Assembly (NCBI GenBank): GCA_951406725.2
Contig: OX597822.1
Location: 116,126,001 to 116,190,000, forward strand
Reading direction: 5' to 3'
Length of the DNA: 64,000 nucleotides
Source of the DNA: Octopus vulgaris
Lineage: Eukaryota
The notes beneath the pieces are model-generated. The model searched no databases. It had not been told where the DNA came from and saw only the letters and a list, made by a program, of their open reading frames with translations. The position numbers and the translations under genes were made by a program. Shown here one piece after another: positions 1 through 12,389 of the stretch; positions within the stretch are counted from its first letter, which is position 1, and every line of letters begins with the position of its first letter.

Positions 1-80
1 GCAAGGGTCTTCTACTATAGCTTCGGGCCAACTAAAGCATTGTGAGTGGATTTGGTAGATGGAAACTGAAAAAGCCCAAC

Positions 81-117
<37 letters not shown>

Positions 118-318
118 TATATGTATGTATGTATGTATGTATATGTTTATGTGTTTGTCCCCCCAACCTCTCATGACAACCGATGCTGGTGTGTTTACGT
201 CTCTGTCACTTAGCGGTTTGCCAATAGAATAAGTGCTAAGTCCTGGGGTTAATTTGCTCGACTAAAAGCAGTGTTCCAGCATGGCCACAGTCAAATGACT
301 GAAACAAATAAAAGAATA
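1..318 (+). mobile_element. SINE family A (tRNA-derived head, internal microsatellite), cut by the window edge
   Basis: TTGTGAGTGGATTTGGTAGA..GGAAACTGAAA, internal (TA)n, tail CAGCATGGCCACAGTCAAATGACTGAAACAA. Confidence 0.9.
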
Positions 319-373
319 TGTTATCTAGTGAGGGAAAAAATTTCAAAAAGTTGCGATTATAACTCCAAGCTTT

Positions 374-623
374 ATCTTTCTTTTATCTTTTTATCTTTCA
401 CTTGCTTCAGTCATTGGATTGCAGCCATGCTGGGGTTCTGCCTTGAAGGACTTAGCGGAACAAATTAACCCTAGTGCCTATTTTTTGAAGCCTGGTACTT
501 ATTCTATCAGTCTCTTTTGCCAAACTGATAAGTTATGGGGACATAAATCTACCAACACTGGTTGTTGAGTGGTGGTAGACAACAAACACAAGCACAAAGA
601 CATACACGCATTCATGTGCACGT

Positions 624-712
<89 letters not shown>

Positions 713-888
713 CATATTCATGGTAGACGTCTTTCAGTTTCTGTCTACCAAATCCACTCAGAAGTCTTTGATTAACCCAGAGCCATAGTTGAAGACCCAT
801 GCCCAAGGTGTCACACAGTGGGACTGAACTCAAGATCACATGGTTGGGAAACAAACTTCGTGGCTACAGCTACACCTGCTCCTATGTC
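374..888 (-). mobile_element. SINE family A
   Basis: Reverse-complement copy with internal (CA)n. Confidence 0.9.
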
Positions 889-1862
889 TATACTAATGGG
901 GGTAAAATCACTCAATACAGGGAGCAAAGTTTATTTATTCATTTGAAGCCGATGATCCTGTCTGTGACTACTCAGGGTTACTCTTTCTAGAATTGATCCT
1001 TCTAGTGACAAAAAGATAAACTGAGGAACTCAATGGTTTTTTTTCCTTCAAAGGAATCCGTCTGTGAGAAGAGGAAATAATCTGCTCAGAACACCAAAGT
1101 CATGTTGGAAATGCTATTTCATGAAAGCTACCAAACAAAGATGATTCTATGGCAGGTTTAGAAATCCATGAATGACGGAGTGATGTTTGAAAGAAATCTG
1201 AATTCCAGTACTTGACCAGAGCAATGACTAAGGTGCTTTCGGCAGAAATACCAGCAATGTAAACAATTTATTTATTGAGAGTGAGTAAAATAAATAGCTT
1301 TTTCCTAATTCATACTGTACAGTTTTTACCACTACCTTATCTAAGCAGATACACAGTACTCTGGTGTGATTTTCCAACTATTTCAAATATATATATAAAT
1401 GCATATTTAGTCAGACGAGAGGCAGGGAAGAAGTGAAAATAGTTATGATTACAGCTGTATTAAGATATTTGGGCAGTTTGGATGGAAGATTTCAGCAAAA
1501 GTTCACACAACAGAAGAAGAGAAGAAAATGGCACTAATAAAATCAAATTTGTAGGCAATCTGTTTAGAAATGGTATTTCCTGAAAGCTGCTAAAGTTTGG
1601 CAAAAGAAAGGTTACCCTGTTGTACTCTTTCGCCCCAACTTTCTCTCACTCTTTCTTCCTGTTTCTTGAGTAACGCTGCGATGGACTGGCGTCCCGTCCA
1701 GCTGGAGGGAACACATACACCACAGAAACCGGGAAACTGGGCCCATGAGCCTGGCTGGGCTTGAAAAGGGCACATAAAAAAAATGTATACATACACACAC
1801 ACACAAATAAATTTATATACGCATGCATAAATATATGCATGTATGAATATGTGTGTATGTAG

Positions 1863-2328
1863 CTTTTATTCTTTATCTTTTACTTGTTTCACTTACTGAA
1901 CTGTAGTCATGCTGGAGCACCACCTTGAAGGGTTTAGTCAAACAAATCAACCCCAGTACTTATATATATATTAGTTAAAGTCTGCTATTTATTCTATCAG
2001 CCTCTTTCGTCAAACTGCTAAGTTGCAGGGACAAATACTAACGAACAGAAGTTGTCAAGCAGCGGTGGTGATGGGGACAAACACAAAGACACACACATGA
2101 CATATATACATACACATAAATATACATATACAATGGGCATATATAAATATATACATATAACATACAACGGGCTTCTTTCAGTTTCTGTCTACCAAATCCA
2201 CTCACAAGGCTTTGGTCAACCCGAAGCTATAGTAGAAGACACTTGCCCAAGGTGCCACGCAGGTGGGACTGAACCTGTAACCATAAGGTTGGGAAGGAAA
2301 CTTCTTATCATACAGCCATGCCTGCACC
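1863..2328 (-). mobile_element. SINE family A
   Basis: Full head, body and tail match to the other copies. Confidence 0.9.
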
Positions 2329-2707
2329 TGTATATACAAATACATATAAGTGTATACACAAACACACACACATGAAAGCCTCTCCTGTTTAGTCTACAGA
2401 CGAGGGCCTGCAATTTCTTTTCTGAACAACATGCACAGATGATATTTGTTTATAGGGATCAGACGAATGTGCTGTGCCTCAGCTCACTAGTGCCATCAAA
2501 TTAACATTGCCTGATCCTTTTAACATCTGACATGTGGCACAGTGTGCTACGGTGGCCCCACAGTGTGCCCTGTGTCAGGTGTCAAAGTGATCACAGAGAA
2601 ACAAGAAATAAAGTGCTTTGTTCAAGAACACAATCCACCACCTGATCCAGGAATTGAAACCACAATCATATGATAGCACACTAACTACTGGGGCATGCGC
2701 CGTCATT

Positions 2708-2741
<34 letters not shown>

Positions 2742-2984
2742 ATTTTGATTTTGTCTTCACAAGCTTGTTACAAATGAAAGCTCTAATAAAGGATTATCCA
2801 AAATTCTGACTGCCTCCTTTTCTCAATATACAATATCTCTACACCACTTCAAACACCATACATACATAGAGACACACACACACACACACATATGAATGTA
2901 TGTATGTAGTGGAAATTAGCTGCCCAGCAGATCTTAACATAAAGCTAAAGATAAATGAGAAAGAAAAAAAAAAACTAAGCTGAA

Positions 2985-3390
2985 CTATTGTGAAATCTGC
3001 AATTACTCTACCCAGTTCAAGATTATACCCGTAATTATTGGGGCACTGTAATATGTAACACACCGCCTAAGCACCAATCTTGAGAAATTAGGTTTCCCAA
3101 AACCAGAAAGGAGAAAGCTGATTCAAAGATTACAGATCCAAGCCATTACCGGATCTGTAAAAATTTGTAAAACTTTCCAGAAGTTTATCAAATATGCACA
3201 TGTTTAGACATGCAACAATATGCATGAGAATACATGCATAAAATGAAACATACAAATCTGCACATGTTGCAAATGCATGCAAAAATACCCAGTTGATGTT
3301 GTTGAAATTTCAATGAAGTTGCCCTGGATCTAGGTTAGAAACCAGCTCCTTCTCTACGGGCAAGAAATTTTGAAATAAAACTGAATAATG
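2985..3390 (+). mobile_element. 3' end of a restriction-like-endonuclease (R4/Dong/NeSL-type) non-LTR retrotransposon
   Basis: Translates (with lesions) as FKIIPVIIGAL..VT..L..NLEKLG...LQIQAITGSVKICKTF, then a 3' UTR ending AATAAAACTGAATAAT. Confidence 0.7.
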
Positions 3391-3394
3391 ACTC

Positions 3395-3576
3395 ACACAC
3401 ACACACACAAATATATGTGATGAACTTCTTTCAGTTTTTGTCAATGACAATCCTCGCAAGGCTTTGGTTGGTCTGAGGCTGTAGTAGAAGACACTTGCCC
3501 AAGATTCCAATGCAGTGAGACTAAAACCATGCGGTTGGGCAGCAAAGTTCTTATCACACAACCGATGCCTGCACCT
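3395..3576 (-). mobile_element. SINE family A, 5' half
   Basis: GGCTGTAGTAGAAGACACTTGCCCAAG and head motifs. Confidence 0.85.
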
Positions 3577-4009
3577 AGTTTCAACTAAGCTGTTACTACT
3601 AGTGTTCATTTTATTAAGGGAAGAAAGGAAGAGTTCAATGAGGCAGGGGTTTGGGGCTGAAAATAGAGATACAACCAGCCCCAGATCCCATAATACATCT
3701 AGTCTACAATTCTTCTGTTTCTACTCACTCTCTACCACTGTTAATATGCAAATATTAGAGGTCAGCATAATCTGCAACATTTTGACATCTGAGTTGCTAT
3801 CAATAACCAAACACTGCAGCCACTAATCTCATCCTCGCTAATTATGCAGTTTAGTAATTTTAAAACCAGGATGTACCATTTTCTATTTAGGTTCCTTGTG
3901 AGATAAGAGAGTAAGTTGCACTTTGCTTATGCAACAGCACTATTTCCAATTTTCTTTTATCGTGACTCATTCATGTTTTAGAGGATGAAAAATTAAACTA
4001 CAACTTTAC

Positions 4010-4050
4010 CTTATCCTCCTTTCTTTGCCGACAAGATGCCACTGTTTTGA
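4010..4050 (-). other. Candidate 41-nt spliced exon of an unidentified host transcript
   Basis: Minus strand: GCTAAC branch-like motif, TTTATTTGTTACAG acceptor, exon, AAG|GTAAAG donor. Two frames are open (KTVASCRQRKEDK or SKQWHLVGKERRI). Non-repetitive context. Confidence 0.35.
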
Positions 4051-5714
4051 CTGTAACAAATAAATGTGTTAATGGACTTTAGGTTAGCTAAAATATGTTT
4101 GTGACATATTTCAACTTCTAAAGGCAAAATCACTGCGGTTATCACAGAGAAAAAATTCTCTCTTGTGGTAGAAGAAAAGTGTAAAAATACCATATCTGTC
4201 CAGTGCTGCCGCCTGTTGAATTAATTCCCAAATGCATTTCTAACATTCTAGCTATTATCAATGGGAAATAATGAAGAAAGGCAACTCCGGGTAGACTTAA
4301 TTAAAGTTATGGTTTTAACGAAAACACAGTCAACAATACTGACTGAGTTTTGCCAGTCGGCAGCCAGGTCAGAAGAAATTCACTCCTCTTTATCATAAGA
4401 GAGAATGTTTTCTCTCCAAAGTAGCTGCAGTGAATTTGCCTTTAGAAACATGCAGTCACAAATATATTTTAAGAAACCTAAAGTTCACTTATGCCTAAAC
4501 ATTGCATGGCACTGATACTGCCAAAATAAATGTATGAACATTTTAACTTGTATAAAATCAGAAGGGCTCCTACCCAGAATAACCTCCCTCTCAAATGATG
4601 AAGTCAAATAAAACACCCAAAAGTGACTTCATGATAAAGCAACTGAAACTAAGATCCCTAACTGTGAAACCCTTGCTTTGAGAAGGGTGTTCCCATTTCC
4701 ATGCTTCAGTTGAACAGTAAGGAAAAGACAACTATTTTGTAGACCAAGGCAAAATAATTTAGTCAAGCTGAGAGGATTCTCTGGTTGTAGCAAAGGGAAA
4801 ATAAGCTCTATAGGGTAGGTGCCATGAAAAGTGCACCCAGTACACTCCATGAAGTTGTGGATATTACGAAGGCCATTGAGCTGTAGAAACCATGCAAAAC
4901 AAAACTTAGACATGGGAACAGGATCTGGTCCTCTGAACCATTGGAGCTTGATAAGCCATTCAAACCAATCAATAATGGAAAGCAGGCATCAAATGATGAG
5001 GAGAAGGGTGAGAAAGTCAGGGGGAGGGAAGAGGAGGAGGAGGAGGCCAACTACTACTTAGACTCTGAAGTCAATAATATTTTTTAGATTAGAGTTTGGC
5101 TGTCTGGGACAGGGGCTGGGGGTCAGCTACTACTTAGACTGTGAAGTCAACAGTGCTCCTTTGATTAGAATTTGGTTGTCCTTATGACAATTTATATATA
5201 AAACACACATCAATGCATCAAGACATTTATATATGTGTTTGTATGTGTGTGTGTGTGGGCATGTGTACACTCACACACAGGTATAGTTATAAGGTTAAGA
5301 AGTTCAGTTCTACAACCTCAGGCAAATCTCTTCTATTATATAGAGCTGGGCTAAATAAACCCATGTGAGTAAATGGGGTGGACAGAAATTGTGTGTATGT
5401 TGAACACTCTCACACACACACACACATATATTATATATATATGCACACACACATATGTGCATATGTTTGAGTGCATGTGTGTGTCTGTGTGTTTTGCACA
5501 TATCTGCATAACTCCAGAAAGCATTGAGCTCCAACAAGTAGTGATTATTTTCCCCTGCCAACATGCGTAAAATAAGAGATTCCTTACTTGAAAAATCAGT
5601 AAGGGTTGGAACAGGAACAACGTCTAGGGGTAAAACAATATGTCGATAATATAGACAACTTATCCATGTGACTAAGGAAAAATGCGTGTTAAAAACAAAG
5701 GAATGTACAAGTAC

Positions 5715-5769
5715 ATATGTGTGTATAGCATATATACACGTGTGTGTGTATGTATGTGTATGTGTATTC

Positions 5770-5817
<48 letters not shown>

Positions 5818-5912
5818 TAATCGTTTAAAGTCTGCTTTCCATGCTGGCATGGGTGGAACATTTATATATATACACACACATATATATATATATATATGTA
5901 TGTATGTATGTG

Positions 5913-5972
<60 letters not shown>

Positions 5973-5991
5973 TATAAATATATATATATAT

Positions 5992-6046
<55 letters not shown>

Positions 6047-6080
6047 CATATATATATGTCTGTATATATATATGTATATA
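5715..6080. repeat. Compound (TA)n/(CA)n/(TATG)n microsatellite
   Basis: Directly visible. Comparable arrays at 12277-12390 (GATA), 32960-33028 (TA) and 61460-61670. Confidence 0.95.
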
Positions 6081-6505
6081 CTCTAGCTACTCTTAGTTAT
6101 AAAACAAAGAAGACCACTTCCAATTAGACAGTCGGTGTATTGTATAAAGCAGACTGACAATTTATTCATAGAGTTTATCTCTCTCCCAATTTTGCAGATC
6201 TTCTTTTCAACCAGAACCGGAATCACTGGGACACTGGGAGAGAATCCACTTCTCTCTGGCAAAGGAAGTTAAATGAAGGATCTGCAGAGAAGTCATGCAA
6301 ACAGCCATAGGGAAAGCAAAAATTGAAATAAAACCCAAAACTAGACTGAAAAATACCTGATTTGAGGATACACTACAACCCCAAAATCAAGCAGTCCCTA
6401 TACCTGGGCATTTTGAAATGAATAGGGGTGAGTTTAAGAAACTAGATAAAGTATAAAAGAATATGGGATATAAAGAGATAACAGGGAGGAGGAGTGATGG
6501 GATAT

Positions 6506-6736
6506 TAATGCTTTAGTAGATAAATTGGCTCAAATATTCCACCCGTTTTTAATGTTCAAACCAAACACATTTGGTGTCCTACACCTACCCTGCAATGTCA
6601 TTCCAAACACCTGAAATAAACAACTGAAATCATCATTGTTGAAATCTTGAAGCTATGAGATCCTGCAAGATTAATTCCAAACCCTGTGAATAAGCAAACA
6701 TTACATTTGACAGAATAATCTAAATGCTAAAGGATA
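6506..6736. mobile_element. Short MITE-like repeat (piggyBac-like ends, ...ATGCTAAAGG)
   Basis: A homologous copy lies at about 26972-27190. The ends CTTTAG.../...CTAAAG are weakly inverted with degenerate TTAA flanks. Confidence 0.55.
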
Positions 6737-6779
<43 letters not shown>

Positions 6780-7032
6780 TACATATTCATAGATAGTAAT
6801 TCACCTAAACAGGAAGACTTGAAGGACTTAATGTAATCAATGATAAAGGTGTTATATTAGATATATTATCTAAATAAAAGCTCACAGTCTATCAATGTGG
6901 TAATGCAAAGTGGAGTCAAATATATAATATATAAGTATATAATTGATATATACATATATTTATATATATATACATATATAGATAGATAGATAGATAGATA
7001 GATACACACACACACACACACACATATACTTA

Positions 7033-7213
7033 TAGATCGTTAGCCACTACACATTCTTTATTTTCTCTCCTTGTTTCTTTCTGTGTTTCTTTCTGTGGAA
7101 GAGCGTAGGCTCGACACATTAAAAACTTTTTCACTTCCCGAGCGTTAAACTAATACATCTGTTTGTTGTCTACACCACCTGTCTTCATCTTTGTTTTTTT
7201 GTGAATTCTCCCT
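7033..7213 (+). mobile_element. About 180-bp short repeat with degenerate hammerhead-like motif (copy 1)
   Basis: Closely similar to 9793-9977 and to the reverse complement of 59086-59272. Here GAAACGTT is mutated to GACACATT. Confidence 0.8.
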
Positions 7214-7228
7214 ATGTGCGGATGCTAA

Positions 7229-7296
<68 letters not shown>

Positions 7297-8477
7297 TCAC
7301 ACATACATCTATGTAAGTACATATACAAATAGACAGAAGGCACTTACAAGCACTAGATGAAGAGGTCAGATGTAGTAAGAGTATATGTAAACCAATTTAC
7401 AGAGGTCTGACTATGTAATTAAATCTTTGAAGCCTTTTGGCTTGGTGGGGATAAGAAGAGTTAAGCTGATATTAAATAATTTGTACAAATTTTCAGAAAG
7501 TGAAGAAAGAAAATCATCAAAACGGTAGTAAGAACACCTGAAGATGGTACGTGCATGCACGTCCACGTGCACACACACACACACACACACACATACATAT
7601 ATAGAGAGTTGAATACAGTCAACGTAAGAATATTCCCAGTGTTTGCTTCGTAACAGCAGAAGGATGCAAAGCAAAAATAATCTAAATGGAACTCACTGTT
7701 ATAAAATACTTTCCTGAAATGTCTACAGTCAGTTCTAGGTTGAACCACCAAAGAATCAGACGTTCACTGATGTTGTTGCTGAGAATCTTTTCGTTTGCCA
7801 TTAAAAGGTTGAACACTCAAAGCAAATTAGTCATTTTCTTACATCACCATGTTTTGCAAAATAATATTTAAAAAGCAGCTATTCCAAAAACTAATTTAGA
7901 TTTCTCTCTTAGATACAAACCAAAACAGATGGAGCCAAATGACTCAATTCTTTTATGTTACAAGTAATAGTTTTATTAATGCAAAAAGAAAAAAGAAAAA
8001 AATCCTGAAAGGTAAAGAGAATTGCCCAGAGGAACTTGAAGAAGAAATTATATTGTATCTGATATTACAGTAAACTCTAAGAGCGTACTCCACTTGCCAC
8101 CAAAATATTCCTTTCTAGTCTATGCTCAAGGTCTGAAATTTAGTGGGAGGGAATAGCCAACTATAGTGACCCCATTGCTTGACAGGTTCTCATTTTATTG
8201 ACTGCAAAAAGGATGAAAGGCAAAGTCAACCTTGGTGGCATTTGAACTCAGAAAGTAAGGCCTGAAGAGATACCACAAAGCTTCAACAACTATCTCTTTC
8301 TCTCTCTCTCTCTCTCTCTTTGCATACACACACACACACATACACACATACACTCAATATTAAGACACATGCACTACCACTGCCATGCCATAAATAGTAG
8401 TAATGAAGTATTTTTCACCAAAAGTCCTCAACAAATATTCATGAGATTTTCAATATCATTACATATGTGTGTGCATA

Positions 8478-9472
8478 TCTATATATATAAAACTGTAGTT
8501 GTGTGAGTGTCTGTCCCCTTCGATTTAGATTCCTAACTACTCCCACATTTTGCGGTGCAGTTTAACCAAATTCGGGTATCTTATAGTCGTGATTCAGATC
8601 GAGCCCGTCTGAATATTAGCGCACGTCAACGATGAGTCTACGATTTTAAAAATAATTTAACATCATTTTTTATTCCATTTTAATGCATATTTTTTCGTGT
8701 GTCGATGGCGGCGGAGTTGGCGTCCATGCTCACATCTGCACCTGTGTTGCTTCTCCCCCTTCTTCCCTCCCTCGTGAAGCTGTGGGGAAGGGAGTGTAAG
8801 GAAATCAATGTCGTAATGCGTTGTCAAGGAGACCAGCATTCTTTTAGAACAACGACTTCATGGCTTGAAGTCGCCAAAACAGAAATCGCTAAAAAAGCTG
8901 AAACAGATCCACAAAAACGGCAATTACCGTCACACAGGGCAGGTTTCCTGTGCAAACAATTTGCACAACTGAATGTTTTAGTTGTTGCACAAATCTTTAT
9001 ATATAAAAGTAAGATTGTGTGTCTGTCTCCTACGATTTAGATTCCTAACTCCTCCCACACTTTGAGGTGCAGTGTAACCAAAACCGGGTATCTTATAGTC
9101 GTGATTCATATCGAGCCCTTCTGGGTATTAGTGCGCGTCTACGATTTCAAAAAAAAATTACCATAATTTTTTATTCCATTTTAATGCATTTTTCGCTATT
9201 ATATAAGGGAAGTAACTCTCTAAAAATGTCTACAATGAGTCAACGATTAAAAAAAAAAATTACCATCATTTTTTATTCCATTTTAATGCATTTTTCGCTA
9301 TTATATAAGGGAAGTAACTCTCTAAAAATGTCTACGATGAGTCAACGATTTAAAAAAAAAATTACCATCATTTTTTATTCCATTTTTAATGCATTTTTTG
9401 CTATAACTCACTAAAAATGCTTATATAGTTATTTCCCTTACAAACCCGAGCAATGCCGGGCGATACTGCTAG
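8478..9472 (+). mobile_element. Non-autonomous Helitron, compound (two 5' ends)
   Basis: Starts TC after A(8477) and ends CTAG before T(9473). Subterminal hairpin CCCGAGCAATGCCGGG (9445-9460). A second TC..TATATAAAA start at about 8994 duplicates the first. Internal tandem units of about 100 bp at 9138-9400. Confidence 0.85.
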
Positions 9473-9736
9473 TATATATATATATATAAATATTATTCTA
9501 TTCTTTTATTCGTTTTTGTCATTCAACTGCAGCCATGTTGGAGCACTGCCTTTAATCAAACAAATCGACCTCAGGACTTATTCTTTGTAAGCCTAGTACT
9601 TATGCTATCAGCTTCTTTTGCCGAACCGCTAAGTTACAGGGATGTAAACACACGACCATCAGTTCTCAAGCAATGTTGGGGGGACAAACACAGACACACA
9701 AATGAATACACACACCTACATATACATATATATATG

Positions 9737-9792
<56 letters not shown>

Positions 9793-9795
<3 letters not shown>

Positions 9796-9977
9796 CTTGC
9801 TAACCACTACACATTCTTTATTTTCTCTCCTTGTTTCTTTCTGTGTCCCTTTCTGTGGAAGAGCATAGGCTCGAAACGTTAAAGACTTTTTCACTTCTCA
9901 AGCGTTATACTAATACATCTGTTTGTTGTCTACTCTACCTGTCTTTGTCTTCTGCTTTTTTGTAAATTCTCCCCCCT
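9793..9977 (+). mobile_element. About 180-bp short repeat with hammerhead-like motif (copy 2), inside the (TA)n tract of a SINE
   Basis: Contains CTTT-CTGTGGA-A-GAGC-ATAG-GCTC-GAAAC-GTT-AAAG and is flanked by TA repeats. Confidence 0.8.
9845..9886 (+). ncRNA. Minimal type-I hammerhead-ribozyme-like motif (core CUGUGGA, A6U variant)
   Basis: Helix I CUUU/AAAG, helix II GAGC/GCUC, GAAAC, palindromic AACGUU minimal helix III, putative cleavage after GUU (9880). Confidence 0.5.
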
Positions 9978-10435
9978 ATATATACAATCGACTTCTTTCA
10001 GTTTCCGCCTACCAAATCCACTCACAAGGCTTTGGTCGACCCAAGGCTATAGTAGAAGATACTTGCCCAAGGTGCCACGCAGTGGGACCGAACATGAAAT
10101 TATGTGGTTAGGAAGCAAGCTACTTACCACACAGCCACTCCTGCGCATATATATGCATATATACTCTGTGTGTGTGTACAGATATACAGATATCATAGAA
10201 GGTGATTCACAGACCAAAAAAAGGTGCTTTGAGCTCAGCTTAAACAAGGGGAATAATCCTGTGCACCTTACTTGGAATTGTTGCTTGCAACTATCAACAA
10301 TGCAGTGAGAGAAACTCAAATGATTAAAACTCTACTGTATGGGTGAAAATACAGAGGACCACATGTAGAAATGTGCATATACACATTTACATAGAGACAC
10401 CCCCCACACACACATATATATCTAAATATATATCC

Positions 10436-10868
10436 TATACTTGTTTCAGTCATTAGACTGTAGCCATGCTGGGGCAACACATTGAAGAATTTTTTGGTCG
10501 AATAAATTGACCCTAGTACTTACTTTTGTTAAGTCTGGTACTTATTCTATCAGTCTCTTTTTCTGAACTGCTAAGTTACAGAGACATAAACACACCAACA
10601 CCGATTGTCAAGTGGTGATGGAGGACAGACACAGACACAAAAACACACACAAATCTATATATATGTATATGTATATATATATATGTATGTATATATATAT
10701 ACATACAACAGGTTTCTTTCAGTTTTCATCTACCAAATCCACTCACAAGGCTTTGATCGGCTCGAAGCTATTGTAGAAGTTACTTGCCCAAGGTTCCACA
10801 CAGTGGGACTGAACCTGGAACCATGTGGTTGGGAAGCAAGCTTCTTACCACGCAGCCACTCCTGCACT
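10436..10868 (-). mobile_element. SINE family A
   Basis: Full-length match to the other copies. Confidence 0.9.
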
Positions 10869-10879
10869 TGTATATAATA

Positions 10880-11320
10880 ATAATAATTATAATGATGAAC
10901 TTATTGTATACAGTGCTCAGGTGCACTACAACTCATCAGAAAAAATAACCAAAATTGCTTGAACAGTTCATAGAATATGCACAAGAAGGGAACAGAGAAT
11001 AGGTCTAACAAAAAACAAAAACCCAGCATGGTGGGCTTCAGGTGTACTGTTGGCAATTTCAGGAAGCATGGAGGTTTAGAAGGATGTAGTGCCCTGATAT
11101 GTAACAAGTGATGCAGGTAGTTTATTCCATGCCTCAGCAATTTTGAGCATTAAAAAAATGTTTCTGAAAGTGATGTGTGCTGTGTTGTTTTTTGATTTTG
11201 TAAGCATCTCCATGAGTATTAGATAAATGGAATTCATAAAGGTTATCTGAGGTTGTCGTTGGAAAGATGGTGGGTAATCTTGTGGGTGTCAACCAAGTTA
11301 GTTGCCAGACGTTGGAGCTA
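10880..11320 (-). mobile_element. Decayed CR1/L2-group LINE 3' fragment
   Basis: Minus strand gives NTHGDAYKI...KHFF...IAEAWNKLPASLV, followed by a 3' UTR and an ATT-rich tail. Confidence 0.7.
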
Positions 11321-11570
11321 TAACCAATGGGCTTCTTTCAGACAGCTATTATAGAAGACACTTGAGTGGTATGCAGTGAGACGGCACCAATGACTACAAA
11401 GATGGGAAGCAAACTTCTTAGCAACACAGCAACGCCTGCACCTGTATTACATCGCATCTAATGATAATTACTTATGTAACTAAAACCCCTTCAAAACAAA
11501 TTAATTTCCCTTAGCAACAAAGTAAAAAGAACATTTCACAAATGTGTAACTGCATCTAATTATGGAGTTC

Positions 11571-11647
11571 CTATGATCCATCCTATGATCCATCGTGTGA
11601 TCCATCATATGATCCATCCTATGATCCATCCTATGATCCATCATATG
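11571..11647. repeat. 12-bp tandem repeat (CTATGATCCATC) x about 6
   Basis: Directly visible. Confidence 0.92.
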
Positions 11648-12286
11648 GTGACATGCAAGCACTAATAAGCAAGCACAAGCAGACATTAACAGAAAAGTAA
11701 CAACTGAAGTTATTTCAACTTTTGTTCTTCACACAGAGACTGACTGCGATATTGAATTAGAAAATATTTTCCCAATACGTGTCATTGAAACTGTGGTAAC
11801 GTGAAAAGCTGGCAAAATGCAATTTGACAAGTAAATACAATGAAACCCAAGATGGCAACAGCAGCTACCAGGCAGTGGAAGCAATTCGGGTAATTTTCAA
11901 ATATTCAAAGACTTGGGTGACATTTTTATTACCTAAAAAGGTCAGTGATAATAACTGAGGTAATTTGCCACAAATGATAAAGTTAGCTCTGCTCTGCAAT
12001 GAAGACAATGGACAGAACAAAAGCAGGTTCAATGGCAAAGAGTCTGTTACAAATGCATGTCTATATATTATAAATATTGATTGGTTTGTTGGTAGATTTC
12101 TTCAGTCACATTTGACATTGTACAGAAAGAGGGGACGGAAGAATTCACCCAAGGGATGCAAAATGGGTGCACAGACATGGCTTGGTAGAAGACGATGAGT
12201 AAATGAATGCTACACACACACACACACACACACAGTGAGAAAGAAAGGGTCAGTGACACAGGAGAAAGAGAGGGAAGATAGATAGG

Positions 12287-12389
<103 letters not shown>

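Larger units (their letters stand above)
9494..10146 (-). mobile_element. SINE family A with nested hammerhead-motif repeat
   Basis: Tail 9494-9700, microsatellite plus insert, head 9985-10146. Confidence 0.9.

Noticed and set aside
499-854. ORFs rich in CVCV/THTH/YIYI (here and throughout the window)
   Set aside because: They are translations of dinucleotide microsatellites inside SINEs, not genes.
7497-7546. Plus-strand AG...GT candidate exon
   Set aside because: Stops in all frames, opposite strand to the other candidates, and such motifs arise by chance in AT-rich DNA.
9138-9400. Regularly spaced repeats resembling a CRISPR array (also 44062-44265, 53620-53680, 28667-28732)
   Set aside because: Head-to-tail tandem units without unique spacers, no cas genes, eukaryotic context.
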